Shown here piece after piece: positions 63,622 through 64,000 of a stretch of 64,000 nucleotides of DNA. The DNA comes from Clostridia bacterium. GTDB taxonomy: Bacteria; Bacillota; Clostridia; Oscillospirales; CAG-272. The translations under genes and the position numbers were made by a program. The notes under the pieces are model-generated. The model was given only the letters and a program-made list of their open reading frames with translations. It had not been told where the DNA came from and made no database searches. The stretch's first letter is position 1. The number at the start of each line of letters is the position of its first letter. The DNA lies in contig JAFTYE010000014.1 of the NCBI GenBank assembly GCA_017464805.1, forward strand, positions 8,476 to 72,475, written 5' to 3'.

Positions 63622-64000
63622 ACCGTATCCTCCTTTTTGGGATAGCCAAAATAGGCTGTTATCAGCGAAAGAAACAAAGCACGGCGCAGGCCCCGATAGA
63701 TCCCCTCCCCCGCCTCACAGGAGAGTGGATTTTTCCCAAGTCCGCATTCCAGCGTATAGGCGGGCAGGTGGAGCTTTTCGGCGATATAGTCACTCATGCC
63801 GCCGTAGGCGGCGGCTCCCTTCGCCTGTCCGAGGCGGTAGCCCGTGAGGGTGGCGAGCATCCAACCGTAGTTTTCCGCCCCTTTCACAGGCGGGTCTGCT
63901 TTGTGGTAGAAGATCTCCTCCCCTTGCGTATGCAAGGTAAGAGTAAGGGCGGGATGCGTAAAAAGAAGAAAATCCCGCATGGCAGCACTCTCCGATTCCG
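63609..64000 (-). CDS. M14-type peptidase (gamma-D-glutamyl-diamino-acid peptidase-like), C-terminal part; 5' end outside the window
   Basis: The frame is open to the window edge. HTQGEEIFY and LECG blocks resemble M14 carboxypeptidase C-terminal halves. Confidence 0.45.
   Translation of the reverse strand, partial: ESESAAMRDFLLFTHPALTLTLHTQGEEIFYHKADPPVKGAENYGWMLATLTGYRLGQAKGAAAYGGMSDYIAEKLHLPAYTLECGLGKNPLSCEAGEGIYRGLRRALFLSLITAYFGYPKKEDTVWNA

Overview
64-kb chromosomal window from an anaerobic Firmicute. The gene content is Clostridia-like: pyruvate formate-lyase, desulfoferrodoxin plus rubredoxin, MecA, YlmC, FeoAB. GC is mid-50s percent by eye, with AT-rich patches. All calls come from reading the ORF translations and the DNA; no searches were run.

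Layout:
- 1-3.7 kb (AT-rich): end of an integrated mobile element. It carries a relaxase tail, an Lsa-type ABC-F ribosome-protection (antibiotic resistance) gene behind a two-tier leader-peptide attenuator, a 48-aa ORF and TnpV.
- 3.7-6.5 kb: HxlR regulator divergent from a radical-SAM / nitroreductase / flavodoxin module, ending exactly at a truncated YloV (DAK2)-like gene fragment.
- 7.4-11 kb: niaR-nadCBA NAD operon.
- 11.2-11.9 kb: Mn catalase.
- About 12.0-12.4 kb: an atypical tRNA-like/tmRNA-like RNA gene with a duplicated 3' end.
- 13-14.2 kb: GH63-like glycosidase.
- 14.8-18.1 kb: bile-salt-hydrolase-family gene in an operon with a split ChrA transporter and an AttH/CrtC-like protein.
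- 18.2-23.8 kb: rare-sugar operon (isomerase, kinase, epimerase-like, class II aldolase) with a PocR-AraC regulator.
- 23.9-27.2 kb: glycosidase plus AraC regulator.
- 27.2-30.5 kb: dfx-rubredoxin and feoA-feoB with four palindromic operators.
- 30.8-32.5 kb: oxidoreductase plus PIG-L deacetylase.
- 32.6-35.7 kb: a pyruvate formate-lyase whose glycyl-radical domain is a separate gene, plus pflA.
- 35.8-48.5 kb: a 12.7-kb seven-gene operon (giant solute-binding protein, two permease pairs, an NHL-Yip1 membrane protein, a 1074-aa secreted protein).
- 49-64 kb: gltX, an AraC/oxidoreductase/TIM-barrel module, tRNA-Arg(CCG) with tRNA-derived tandem repeats, then housekeeping genes (queG-like, plsY, methyltransferase, folC, tsaE, tsaB, rpiB, mecA, ylmC).

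No CRISPR array, IS element, reverse transcriptase or recognisable defence system was seen.

Best second-look candidates: the tmRNA-like RNA locus, the split PFL, and the large ABC/NHL-Yip1/secreted-protein operon.
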